A model generated the notes under the pieces. That model had not been told where the DNA came from. It worked only from the letters and a program-made list of their open reading frames with translations, and searched no databases. The position numbers and the translations under genes were made by a program. From NCBI GenBank assembly GCA_963741515.1, contig CAVUIA010000003.1:1221-65220 (forward strand): 64,000 nt of DNA, given 5' to 3'. This DNA is from an uncultured bacterium (GTDB lineage Bacteria; Desulfobacterota; Deferrimicrobia; Deferrimicrobiales; Deferrimicrobiaceae). The first letter of the stretch is position 1. The number at the start of each line of letters is the position of its first letter. Positions 27,808 to 37,677 of this stretch are shown here, piece after piece.

Positions 27808-28697
27808 AAGTGAACCATTCCCTGGTCTGGATCGACTGGAGGCTTGCGGGGAAGACCGCCGCCGTCCAGTCGCTCGGACGCTTCGCCTTCCTTTTTCCGC
27901 TGGCCTTCGCCTTCCTCGCGTTTCTCCTGTCGGGGGGGATCGCCCGGTTCCTTTCCTCGCAGTACGCCGTCACGGCCATGCTGCGGGAATCCGCGTCCCA
28001 GGAGGAGGCGATCGGCCTCACGAAAAAAATCGCGGCCCTTCCCGCCGTCCGGTCCGCGGAGTTCAAGGACTCCACCGTCTCGTGGAAGGAGTTCCTCATG
28101 GCGTACCCGGGGGTCGAGTCGATCCCCGGCGCCGCCGACAACCCCCTTCCGGGATACATCGAGATACGGATCCGCCACGACCGGTTCACCGCGTCCGGGG
28201 TGGAGTCGGTGATCTCCGCCCTCAAACCCGTGGAGCTGGTCGACAAGGTGCTGGCCGGGGAGGAATCGCTGCCCCGCCTCTTCCAGGTCAACAGGGCCCT
28301 GCACGCGCTGTCCCTGGCGGGATTCGCGGTCCTCGTCGCGCTCTTTTTCGTCATCTGCCGGCTCCAGGAGCGGTTGCGGTGCATCGCCATGACGGGGGAC
28401 TTCGGGTTCCTCCTGGAGCGGGGGGTCCCGGTCCGGCGGATCGCGGCGTCCCGCGCCGCGGGGGCGGCGATATCGGGGATCGTGCTGGCGGCCGTCGCTC
28501 TCGTCTCCGCCGCCGCCGCGCTGCATTTCCTCCTCGGGCGATACCCGGCCCTGGCGGGCGCGATCGGCCCGCAGGAAGAGCTGTTTTCCCCCGCTTCCGC
28601 GGCGGCGGGCGGCGCGTTCGTCCTTCTCATCGCGCTTCTGTTCGCCGTGTCGTCCCTGCTCGGGTGGCCGTCGGCCCGGTCCGCCGGGAACCGATGA
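27804..28697 (+). CDS. ftsX: cell division permease-like protein FtsX
   Basis: 4-TM topology with a large periplasmic loop after TM1. Sits between the FtsE-like and EnvC-like genes. TTG start with AGGGAGG upstream. Confidence 0.8.
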   Translation: MKVNHSLVWIDWRLAGKTAAVQSLGRFAFLFPLAFAFLAFLLSGGIARFLSSQYAVTAMLRESASQEEAIGLTKKIAALPAVRSAEFKDSTVSWKEFLMAYPGVESIPGAADNPLPGYIEIRIRHDRFTASGVESVISALKPVELVDKVLAGEESLPRLFQVNRALHALSLAGFAVLVALFFVICRLQERLRCIAMTGDFGFLLERGVPVRRIAASRAAGAAISGIVLAAVALVSAAAALHFLLGRYPALAGAIGPQEELFSPASAAAGGAFVLLIALLFAVSSLLGWPSARSAGNR

Positions 28698-29922
28698 CGG
28701 GGACGAGATCCGCGGCCGTCGCCTGGCTCGCCTGCCTCCTCGTCGCCTTGTTCCTGCAGGGCCCGGCGTTCGCGAAGAACGGCCAGGAGGAACTGCGCAG
28801 GGAGAAGGCGCGTCTTCTCGAAATGAAGGCGCGGGAGGAAAAGACGGCGGCCGAGCTTTCCGACGCGCTCCGGAAGGAGAAGCTGACGAAGGAACGCGTG
28901 AGCGAGCTGCGCGGGCGGTTGAACAGGCAGCGGGGCGTCATCACGGGGATCGACCGCAGGCTGTCGGTCCTCGGCGGAAGGCTGAACGCGACGGAAAAGG
29001 AGGTCCGGAAAATCTCGGAGGCCCAGGGGGAGGCCCGCAGGAGCCTGAGGCAGGAGGCGCTCCTGGCGTTCGAGGGCCATCGGGCGGGTTTCGCCCTCCC
29101 GGCGGAGCGGTCGTCGTCGGAGCGCGCCCGGTATCTCATGCGGGGATTCATCGGCGCGGACCTCAAGGACGAGGAGCGCCTGTCCCGGGAGCGGAAGCGG
29201 AAGGAGGCGGAACTCTCGGGGATCGAGAAACAGGTCGAGATCTCCGAGAGGAAGATGGCCCGGGCCCAGGAGGAGGGGGAGAAGCTCCTTTCCGAGCCAC
29301 GAGGCGGAGCGGAAACGGCTTTCCGGCATCGAGAAGGAGAAACAGGAGAAGCAGAAGGAGCTTCGCGCGCTTCGCGCGAAGATCGCCCGGATGGAATCGC
29401 TCGTCGCCCGCGTGGAGCGGGCCGCGAAGGAAAGGGAACGGCTCCGCAGGAAGAAGGCGGGGGAGGCGGCCGGGAAGGGCGCCAGAACCCCCGGCGGCGG
29501 CCGAGCCGCCGCGGCGGTTCGCTTCCCTGGGGGGCGGGTTGTCCTCCCCGCTTCCGGGGAACGTCGTCAGCCGCTTCGGGAGGCAGCACGACCCCACGTT
29601 CGACGTGACGATCGAGAACCGGGGGGTGGAGATCGAGGGGGTTTCCGGATCCCCGGTGAAGGCGGCGGGTCCCGGGGAGGTCGCCTTCACGGGGGCGGTC
29701 TCCGGCTTCGGGAACGTCCTGATCCTGCAGCACGGCAGCGGCCTTTTCTCCGTATACGGGAAGCTCGACGAATTCCTCGTGAAGACGGGCCAGGACGTGG
29801 CCAGGGGGCAGGTCGTGGGAAAGCTGCCCGCATCGCCGTCCGGGAAATCGGTGCTATACTTTGAACTGCGGGCGGGCGGCACGGCGATCGACCCGGCATC
29901 CGTTATTCCTCTCAACCGATAA
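28694..29922 (+). CDS. envC: murein hydrolase activator EnvC-like (coiled-coil plus degenerate LytM/M23 domain); two apparent frame changes (about 29295-29310 and 29480-29540)
   Basis: Signal peptide, a long coiled coil (ELRREKARLLEMKAREEK...), and a C-terminal M23 domain ...LPGNVVSRFG...ILQHGSGLFSVYGKL...LYFELRAGG, in which the HxH Zn site is replaced. The pieces lie in three ORF-track frames: 28082..29608, 29391..29864 and 29539..29922. Confidence 0.75.
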
Positions 29923-29936
29923 GGAGCCATTTCAGG

Positions 29937-31337
29937 ATGGAACAGGGCGGAACAGGCGCACGGAAAGGCCGTGGCAGGAAATGGATCGGTACCGCGGCGG
30001 TCATCGCGGTCTTCCTCGCGGGATTCATCGTCGGGGATCTCTCCACCTCCCGCCACGCGGCCCAGGCCACGGTCGCGTACAGCAAGCTGAAGATCTTCGG
30101 GGACGTCCTCTCCATCATCCAGAGCAGCTACGTGGAAGAAGTGAACATGGACAACCTCGTGAAGGGGGCGATCAACGGGATGGTGCAGACCCTCGACCCC
30201 CACAGCAGCTACCTCACGCCGGAAATGCTCAAGCAGGTTGAGGTCGAGACGAAAGGGATCTTCGGGGGGCTGGGGATCGAGATCGGCGTCAAGGACGGCG
30301 TCCTGACGATCATCGCCCCGATCGAGGACACCCCCGCGGCCCGGGCGGGCCTGATGTCGGGCGACCGGATCATCCGCATCGAGAAGGAATCCACGAAGGC
30401 GATGAACGTGATGGACGCCGTGAAGCGGCTCCGCGGGGAGCCGGGGACCAACGTGACGATCACGATCTCCCGCGAATCCGTTGCCGAGCCGAAGGTCTAC
30501 ACGCTCACCCGCGAGCTCATCAAGATAAAGAGCGTCAAGTCCAAGCCGCTGCCCGACGGGCTCGGGTACATCCGGCTCATCCAGTTCCAGCAGGATTCCC
30601 ACCAGGAGGTCGAACGGGCGCTGCAGGAGTTCCTGAAGTCCAAGACCGGGCTGAAGGGGCTCATCCTCGACCTGAGAAACAATCCCGGCGGCCTCCTCGA
30701 CCAGGCGGTCCGGGTGGCGGACGCTTTCGTGGAATCGGGGCTCATCGTCTACACCGACGGCCGCGTCGAGGCGCAGAAGACGAAGTACTCGGCCAGGCGG
30801 GAAGGGACCCACACCGGCTTCCCCATCGTGGTGCTGGTGAACGCCGGCTCCGCCTCCGCGTCCGAGATCGTCGCGGGAGCGCTGCAGGACCACGGCCGGG
30901 CGATCATCATCGGTCAGCGCACCTTCGGCAAGGCGTCCGTCCAGACGATCCTTCCGATGGAAGACGGTTCCGCCCTTCGGCTCACGACGGCGAGATACTA
31001 CACCCCCAACGGCCGCTCCATACAGGCCAAGGGGATCGAGCCCGACATCCTGGTGAGCGACGGCAGGGAGGAATCGATGGCGTCCCTCGGGCCGATGCGG
31101 GAGAAGGACATCGAGCGGCACCTGAGGGGGGAAGGGGAGGATGAGCCCGCCGCCGCTCCCGTCCCGGCGGCCCCCAAAAAAGAAGGAAAGGATCTGCAGA
31201 AGAAGACGCCGCCGGCGGAGAAGGAAGTCCGCAAGGAGGACGTGAAGGATCCCCAGCTCGACCGGGCGGTGGAACTGTTGAAGGGGTGGGAGATCTTCAA
31301 GAACCGGTTTATCGACAACAAGAAGAAGGCGTCCTGA
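29937..31337 (+). CDS. ctpA: carboxyl-terminal processing protease (S41 family, PDZ domain)
   Basis: GGLGIEIG...PDZ...NPGGLLDQA...GSASASEIVAGALQDHGRAIIIGQRTFGKASVQ. AAGGAG Shine-Dalgarno. Confidence 0.9.
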   Translation: MEQGGTGARKGRGRKWIGTAAVIAVFLAGFIVGDLSTSRHAAQATVAYSKLKIFGDVLSIIQSSYVEEVNMDNLVKGAINGMVQTLDPHSSYLTPEMLKQVEVETKGIFGGLGIEIGVKDGVLTIIAPIEDTPAARAGLMSGDRIIRIEKESTKAMNVMDAVKRLRGEPGTNVTITISRESVAEPKVYTLTRELIKIKSVKSKPLPDGLGYIRLIQFQQDSHQEVERALQEFLKSKTGLKGLILDLRNNPGGLLDQAVRVADAFVESGLIVYTDGRVEAQKTKYSARREGTHTGFPIVVLVNAGSASASEIVAGALQDHGRAIIIGQRTFGKASVQTILPMEDGSALRLTTARYYTPNGRSIQAKGIEPDILVSDGREESMASLGPMREKDIERHLRGEGEDEPAAAPVPAAPKKEGKDLQKKTPPAEKEVRKEDVKDPQLDRAVELLKGWEIFKNRFIDNKKKAS

Positions 31338-31359
31338 GCCCGGGAGCGGCGCCCTGTCG

Positions 31360-32280
31360 ATGATGCGGGACCCCGTGGAGGGACAGGGAAAAGGCCGGAA
31401 GCGCCTGGGCTGGGCCGTCCTGATCGGGGGGGCCTTCGTTTCGGGCCTGCTCCTGGTCGGAGCGGCATTGTTCTGGCCGGCGGGGGAGAAGCCGCCCCCG
31501 CCCAGGGTTTCCCCGTTCGCCGAGCCGGAATCCCGGCTTCCCGCCGGCAAGGGCGAAGGCGAGTCCGACGTCGAGCGGCGCGGGCCCATGCTGGCGATCG
31601 TCGTGGGCGACCTCGGGTACGATCCGGTCCGCGACGCCGAGTGGCTCGATTTCCCGTCGAAGATCACCTTGTCCGTCCTTCCGTTCGGCCCCTCTTCCCG
31701 GACCATCGCCGCGTCGGCGCAATCCCGCGGGCACTGCGTGATCCTGCACGTCCCGATGGAGCCCCGGTCCCCCTCGGCCGACGGGACCGAGCCGTTCCGC
31801 CTGCGCGTCGGGATGGACCGCAAGGATATTTCCGAGCGGCTCGCCCGGATGGCCGGGGAAGTCCCGCAGGCCGTCGGCGCGATGAACCACATGGGGTCGG
31901 CCTTCACCGCGGATGCGGCGTCGATGGACGCCTTCGCGTCGACGCTGAAGGAGATGGGGTATTTCTTCATCGACAGCGCGACGGTGTCCGGATCGCTGGG
32001 ACTGGAGGCGTCCGGGAAAGCCGGGGTCCCCGCGGTGCTGCGCGACGTCTTTCTCGACGACGACCCCGCCCCCGAGGCGATGCGCCGCCAATGGGAGAAG
32101 GCGGTGGCCCAGGCGAAGAAGAACGGGTGGGCGCTGCTGATCTGCCATTCCCGCCGCGAGACGCTGACCGTCCTGCGCGGCCTGCTTCCCTCCCTCCAGA
32201 AGGACGGGATCCGGCCGGTGACCGTCCCGGAACTGCTGGAGGAAAGCCTCCCCGGCGGGGGACCGGCGAGGGAGGGATAA
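31360..32280 (+). CDS. divergent polysaccharide deacetylase family protein (YibQ-like)
   Basis: TM anchor, then ...LAIVVGDLGYD...ILHVPMEP...MNHMGS... Typical neighbour of ctpA/envC. Confidence 0.8.
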   Translation: MMRDPVEGQGKGRKRLGWAVLIGGAFVSGLLLVGAALFWPAGEKPPPPRVSPFAEPESRLPAGKGEGESDVERRGPMLAIVVGDLGYDPVRDAEWLDFPSKITLSVLPFGPSSRTIAASAQSRGHCVILHVPMEPRSPSADGTEPFRLRVGMDRKDISERLARMAGEVPQAVGAMNHMGSAFTADAASMDAFASTLKEMGYFFIDSATVSGSLGLEASGKAGVPAVLRDVFLDDDPAPEAMRRQWEKAVAQAKKNGWALLICHSRRETLTVLRGLLPSLQKDGIRPVTVPELLEESLPGGGPAREG

Positions 32281-32281
32281 G

Positions 32282-33652
32282 TTGCCCGGCGTGCAGGAAG
32301 ACCTGTTCGGAACCCCTCCGGCCCCGGAGGGCGCCCTCACCGTCACGGAGCTGACCTCCCGGATCAAGCGCACGCTGGAGACCTCCTTCCGGCTTTTCCG
32401 CGTGGAAGGGGAAGTGTCGAACTACAAGCTGCACGAGGCGTCCGGCCACCGGTACTTCTCCCTGAAGGACGAAGGGGCCCAGATCCGCGTCGCCATGTTC
32501 CGCGGGAGGGACCGCCACATCTACGGGGAGATCCGCGACGGGCAGTCGGTGATCGTCACCGGCTCCCTCGGGGTGTACGAGAAGAAGGGGGAATACCAGG
32601 TCTATGCGCAGTCCGTCGAGGTGCGCGGCGTGGGGAACCTCCTCGTGGAGCTGGAGCGCAGGAAGCGGAGACTGGCGGACGAGGGGCTGTTCGATCCCGC
32701 GAGGAAGCGCCCCCTTCCCCTGTTCCCCCGGAGGATCGGGATCGTCACGTCCCGCCACGGCGCCGCGCTCCGCGACATGGTGCGCGTGGCGCGGTCGCGG
32801 TTCCCCGGCGTCGAGATCGTCCTCGCTCCCGCCCTCGTGCAGGGCGCGGGCGCGGCGGCGGACATCGCGGCCGCCCTCGATGCGATGTACCGGCATGGCC
32901 GCGCCGACGTGATCATCGCCGGGAGGGGGGGCGGATCGATCGAGGACCTGTGGGCGTTCAACGAAGAGGAGGTCGTGCGCGCCCTGGCCCGGTCCCCCGT
33001 TCCGACGATCAGCGCCGTCGGACACGAAACGGATTTCACCCTTTCCGATTTCGCCGCCGACCTGCGCGCTCCCACGCCCACCGGCGCGGCGCAGGCGGCC
33101 GTGCCCGACCGCGTCGAGCTCCTGGAGCGGGTCGCGGCCCTTTCCCTGCGGCTGCGGCGGACGGAGACGCACCTGCGGGAGACGGCGCGCAGGGAGTGGC
33201 GGATCGCGGCCGGGAAGCTCTCCGATCCCCGGCCCATCCTCCAGGGGAAGCGGTACGCGCTGGGGGAACAGGAGTCGTCCCTGGCGGAATCCGCAAAATC
33301 CGCCGTACGGGTGCGCCGCGAACGGCTTGAGCGCCTTTCCTCCTCCGTGCAGATCCATTCGCCCGCGGCGTGGGTATCCGCCCGGCGGGGGGAGATCGCC
33401 GTGCTTCGTTCCCGGGCGGAGGCGGGGATCGATTCCCGGAAGCGCCGGCTTCGCGCCCGGATCGACCTGCTTTCCGGCAAGCTCGCCGTGATGGACCCGA
33501 AGGCGGTCCTCACGAGGGGCTATTCCATCTCCCTCGATCGCGCCACGGGGAAGGCGGTCCGATCCGTGTCGGAGGCCCGGCCGGGCGGCGCGCTCGATAT
33601 CCTGGTGTCCGACGGGGCGTTCGGGGCGGTGGTCGAAGGGGAAAGGGAATGA
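32282..33652 (+). CDS. xseA: exodeoxyribonuclease VII large subunit
   Basis: OB-fold N-terminus ...GEVSNYKLHEASGHRYFSLKD...IGIVTSRHGAALRDM.... TTG start; an alternative in-frame GTG lies 9 nt downstream. Confidence 0.9.
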   Translation: MPGVQEDLFGTPPAPEGALTVTELTSRIKRTLETSFRLFRVEGEVSNYKLHEASGHRYFSLKDEGAQIRVAMFRGRDRHIYGEIRDGQSVIVTGSLGVYEKKGEYQVYAQSVEVRGVGNLLVELERRKRRLADEGLFDPARKRPLPLFPRRIGIVTSRHGAALRDMVRVARSRFPGVEIVLAPALVQGAGAAADIAAALDAMYRHGRADVIIAGRGGGSIEDLWAFNEEEVVRALARSPVPTISAVGHETDFTLSDFAADLRAPTPTGAAQAAVPDRVELLERVAALSLRLRRTETHLRETARREWRIAAGKLSDPRPILQGKRYALGEQESSLAESAKSAVRVRRERLERLSSSVQIHSPAAWVSARRGEIAVLRSRAEAGIDSRKRRLRARIDLLSGKLAVMDPKAVLTRGYSISLDRATGKAVRSVSEARPGGALDILVSDGAFGAVVEGERE

Positions 33653-34536
33653 GCTTCCTCCGGCGGACCCTGCCGCTTTCCTCGGCGATATATCTCTCCT
33701 GCGCGCTCTTCTTCGCCCCGCCCGCCGCGCCGCTGTCGATTTCCGTTTCCGGCGGCGCTCCGGCCCAGGGGGCTCCCCTGTGGATCGTGGTGGAGGAACC
33801 GGGCCCTGTCGACAACGTGACCCTCACCTGGAAGGGGGCCGACTTCCCGTTGCGCGAAACCGCTCCCGGCTGGTACGAAGCGGTGATCGGCGTGGACCTC
33901 CTGGCGGCCGCCGGGCCGGCGGTCCTCGCGGCGGAATCGGTTTCCGGGGGGAAGCGGACCCGCGTCGAGAAGTCGCTCGACGTCGTCGAGAGGGCGTTCC
34001 CCGTGCAGACGCTCACCCTCCCGAAGGGAATGGCCGAGTTCGACGCCCCGACGCTCAAGAGGATCGATGCGGAAAAGAGAGCTCTCGACGAGCGGCTCGC
34101 CCGCGTCACCCGTCCCGTCCTGTGGGCGCTGCCCTTCCTGCCGCCGGTCGAGGAATACCGGCCGGAGAGTTTCGGTTCGCGGCGGGTGATCAACGGGGAG
34201 CCCCGGTCGCCGCACACCGGCGTGGATATCCGCCTTCCCGAAGGGACTCCCGTTCGCGCGATCGCCGACGGGGTGGTCGTTCTCGCCGCGGAGCAGTTCT
34301 TCGGGGGACGGTCGGTCGTGATCGATCACGGCGGGGCGGTTTTCAGCATCTACTATCACCTGCAGCGGTATTCCGTCGAGGAGGGGCGGCGCGTTTCCCG
34401 GGGCGATCCGATCGGCGCGATCGGCGCGACGGGCCGCGCCACGGGTCCGCACCTCCACTTCGGCGTCCGCGTTCCGGGCGGCCGGGTCGACCCGTCGCTC
34501 CTCTTCGCCCTCCCGGGGAAACAGGACGCGAAATAG
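33649..34536 (+). CDS. M23 family metallopeptidase (intact HxxxD and HxH Zn sites), secreted
   Basis: Signal peptide. SPHTGVDI...IDHGGAVFSIYYHLQ...GATGRATGPHLHFGV. ATGA overlap with xseA. Confidence 0.85.
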   Translation: MSFLRRTLPLSSAIYLSCALFFAPPAAPLSISVSGGAPAQGAPLWIVVEEPGPVDNVTLTWKGADFPLRETAPGWYEAVIGVDLLAAAGPAVLAAESVSGGKRTRVEKSLDVVERAFPVQTLTLPKGMAEFDAPTLKRIDAEKRALDERLARVTRPVLWALPFLPPVEEYRPESFGSRRVINGEPRSPHTGVDIRLPEGTPVRAIADGVVVLAAEQFFGGRSVVIDHGGAVFSIYYHLQRYSVEEGRRVSRGDPIGAIGATGRATGPHLHFGVRVPGGRVDPSLLFALPGKQDAK

Positions 34537-34568
34537 GATAAACTAAAAGATTGCGGAGGCATTGCGCG

Positions 34569-34823
34569 ATGGCGGGCAAGGGGAAAGAGCCTTCCTTCGA
34601 GGAGGCGATGAAGGGGCTGGAATCCGTGGTGGCCAGGCTGGAATCGGGGGAGGCCCCGCTCGAAGAGTCCATCCGGCTCTTCGAAGAGGGGATGAAGCTG
34701 TCCGAGGCCTGCCGGGCACGGCTCGACGAGGCCGACCGGAAGATCGAGCTGCTGCTCCGGAAACCGGGGGGCGTCTCGACGGAAACCGGGGACGAGGCCG
34801 ACTTCCTCGGAAAAGAGGATTGA
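34569..34823 (+). CDS. xseB: exodeoxyribonuclease VII small subunit
   Basis: FEEAMKGLESVVARLESGEAPLEESIRLFEEGMKLSEACRARLDEAD. Confidence 0.85.
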   Translation: MAGKGKEPSFEEAMKGLESVVARLESGEAPLEESIRLFEEGMKLSEACRARLDEADRKIELLLRKPGGVSTETGDEADFLGKED

Positions 34824-34824
34824 A

Positions 34825-35721
34825 TTGGGCGGGCCCGTCTCGAAGGAGTATTCCCGGCTTCGCGGACTGGTGGAGGAGGCGCTCCCGGGATACCTGTCGC
34901 CGGGGACGTGCAGGGCGCCGGCCCCTCTCCTGGAAGCCATGGGATATTCCCTGATGGCCGGCGGGAAGCGCCTGCGCCCCGTCCTTCTCCTTTCCGCGGG
35001 GAAAGCCGTCGGGGGCGGCGAGAGGGAGCTCCTCCCGTTCGCGTGCGCGGTCGAGTTCGTGCATACGTACTCGCTGATCCACGACGACCTCCCGTCGATG
35101 GACGACGACGACTTCCGGCGCGGGAAGCCCACGTCCCACAAGGTCTTCGGAGAGGGGATGGCGGTCCTCGCGGGCGACGCCCTGCTGACGGAAGCGTTCC
35201 GGATCATGGCGGAGTCGGATGCGGCTTCGGCCGACCCCGGGAAAGCGGTCCGGGCCATCGCCGACCTCGCCCGCTCGGCGGGTGCCGAGGGGATGGTCGG
35301 CGGGCAGCAGCTCGACCTTTCCGTCGTGCCCGGCGCCGCGGAGGCGTCCGCGGTCGACGAGATCGAGCTCCGGAAGACCGCCGCGCTGCTCGCCTCCTGC
35401 GCCCGGATGGGGGGCATCCTCGGCGGCGGGACGCAGGACCAGGTCGCCGCGCTCGGCGATTTCGGGACGCGCCTGGGGCTGCTTTTCCAGGTCACCGACG
35501 ACATCCTCGACGAGACCGGGAGCTTCGAGGAGATGGGGAAAGGGATCGCCAAGGACCGGGCGCGGGGGAAGTGGACCTACCCCGTGGCGTACGGGCTTCC
35601 GGCGGCGAACGCGCGGGCCGAGGCGCTTGGCCGCGAGGCGCTCGCGTCTCTCGGCGCGTTCCGGGAGGAGGCCGACACGCTTCGCGAACTGGTCCGCATG
35701 GTGCAGGACAGGAGATCGTAG
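34825..35721 (+). CDS. ispA: farnesyl diphosphate synthase / (2E,6E)-farnesyl diphosphate synthase
   Basis: LIHDDLPSMDDDDFRRGKPT (FARM) and FQVTDDILD (SARM). xseB-ispA-dxs order is as in E. coli. Confidence 0.85.
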   Translation: MGGPVSKEYSRLRGLVEEALPGYLSPGTCRAPAPLLEAMGYSLMAGGKRLRPVLLLSAGKAVGGGERELLPFACAVEFVHTYSLIHDDLPSMDDDDFRRGKPTSHKVFGEGMAVLAGDALLTEAFRIMAESDAASADPGKAVRAIADLARSAGAEGMVGGQQLDLSVVPGAAEASAVDEIELRKTAALLASCARMGGILGGGTQDQVAALGDFGTRLGLLFQVTDDILDETGSFEEMGKGIAKDRARGKWTYPVAYGLPAANARAEALGREALASLGAFREEADTLRELVRMVQDRRS

Positions 35722-35724
35722 CCG

Positions 35725-37661
35725 ATGCCCAAATTGCCGTGGCTCTCATCGATCCGGTATCCGGCCGACCTGAAGAAGGTCCCGCGGGAACAGCTCGCCG
35801 AAGTGGCGGCGGAGCTCCGGGAGAAGATCGTCCGCGACGTGTCGCGGACGGGGGGCACCTCGCGTCCAGCCTGGGCGTCATCGAGCTGACGATCGCCCTC
35901 CATTACGTATTCGATTGCCCGGAAGACCGGTTCGTCTGGGACGTCGGCCATCAGGCGTACGCCCACAAGATCCTCACGGGCCGCGGGGACGCCTTCGCGA
36001 AACAGCGGACCTGGGGGGGGATTTCCGGCTTCCCGCGCATTTCCGAAAGCCCGTACGACGCGTTCGGCACGGGCCATTCCGGAACGTCCATCTCGGCCGC
36101 CCTCGGGCTGGCCGCGGCAAGGGACCTCGACGGGAAAGGGAACCGCGTCGTCGCCGTCATCGGGGACGGCTCCCTCTCCAACGGGCTTGCCTTCGAGGGG
36201 CTGAACCAGGCGGGGCACCAGGATCGCAACCTGATCGTGGTCCTGAACGACAACGAGTTTTCGATCTCCCATAACGTGGGCGCCCTGTCGGGATACCTGA
36301 ACCGCATCATGACGGGGCGGGCCTACACCTCTTTCCGGAAACGGGTAGAGAAGCTGCTCAAGTCGATGCCCCACGGGAAATTCCTGGCGCGCATCGCGAA
36401 GAAGTCCGAGGAGCTGACCAAGGGCTTCATCGTCCCCGGGATCCTGTTCGAGGAGCTGGGGTTCACCTACGTCGGCCCGATCCCCGGGCACGACCTCGAG
36501 TCCCTCATCAGGACCTTCCAGAACCTTTCGAACCTGGAGGGCCCGATGTTCGTCCACGTGGTCACCTCCAAGGGGAAGGGGTACGCGCCGGCGGAGGCCA
36601 ACCCGGAATTCTTCCATGGCGTGGGCACCTTCGATCCGGAGACCGGGAAAGGGACCGGACCGTCCGCGGGTCCAACCTACACGGACGTGTTCTCGGACGC
36701 GATCGTCGCCCTGGGCAGGGAGAATCCGAAGGTGGTCGCCATCACCGCCGCCATGTGCGGCGGGACGGGTCTCGGGAAGTTCAAGGAAACGTTCCCGGAC
36801 CGCTTCTTCGACGTGGGGATCGCCGAGTCCCACGCGGTGACCTTCGCCGCGGGCCTTGCGCGTGAAGGGAAGATCCCGGTGGTCGCGATCTATTCGACGT
36901 TCCTGCAGCGCGCCTTCGACCAGATCATCCACGACGTGTGCCTTCAGAAGCTTCCGGTGGTGTTCGCGGTCGACCGCGGCGGGGTCGTCGGGGCGGACGG
37001 GGCGACGCACCAGGGCCTCTTCGACCTGTCGTTCCTGCGCGAGATCCCCAACCTGTCGCTGATGGCGCCGAGGGACGAGGCGGAGCTACCGAAGATGCTC
37101 CGGACCGCCGTGGAGGCGGGCCGGCCCGTGGCGATCCGATATCCCCGGGGGACCGGGATGGGCGTGCCCGTTCCGGCGGAGACGGGCACGGTTCCGTGGG
37201 GGAAGGGGGAGCTCCTCGCGGACGGCCGGGACGTGCTGCTCATCGGCATCGGATCGACCGTCTTCACCTGTCTGCTCGCGGCCGAGGAGCTTCGGAAGTC
37301 CGGCGTGTCCGCCGCGGTGGTCGACGCCCGGTTCGTCAAGCCGATGGATGCCGAGCTGATCCTGCCGCTCGTCCGCCGGATCGGGCGGGTGGTCACGGTC
37401 GAGGAAAACGTCCTGGCGGGGGGCTTCGGCAGCGCGGTCATGGAGATGCTCGAGGAGAACGAGGAGCATCCCCCGCAGTTCCGCCGCATCGGGTTCCCGG
37501 ACCGGTTCGCGGAGCACGGGACGCAGGCGGAAATCCGCGACGCCTTCGGCGTGACCGCGGAACACGTGGCGGAGGAGGCGCTCCGGATCTGCTCCGCCGG
37601 GAAATCGTTCATTCCGTCGATCCTCAACGGCATCCGTTCCCGTCTCGAAAAGATTGTCTGA
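35725..37661 (+). CDS. dxs: 1-deoxy-D-xylulose-5-phosphate synthase; apparent one-base deletion in a G-run near 35850-35855
   Basis: N-terminus MPKLPWLSSIRYPADLKKVPREQLAEVAAELREKIVRDVSRTGG stops after 55 aa. The GGHLASSLGVIELTIALHYVF... body continues in the main ORF-track frame (34908..37661). Confidence 0.85.
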
Positions 37662-37677
37662 ACCGAGGGGCGCCGCC

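Noticed and set aside
29539-29922. EnvC-like M23 domain lacking the HxH zinc site, considered as a possible pseudogene sign.
   Set aside because: Loss of catalytic residues is the norm for EnvC/NlpD-type activators. The real damage in this gene is the pair of frame changes, reported separately.
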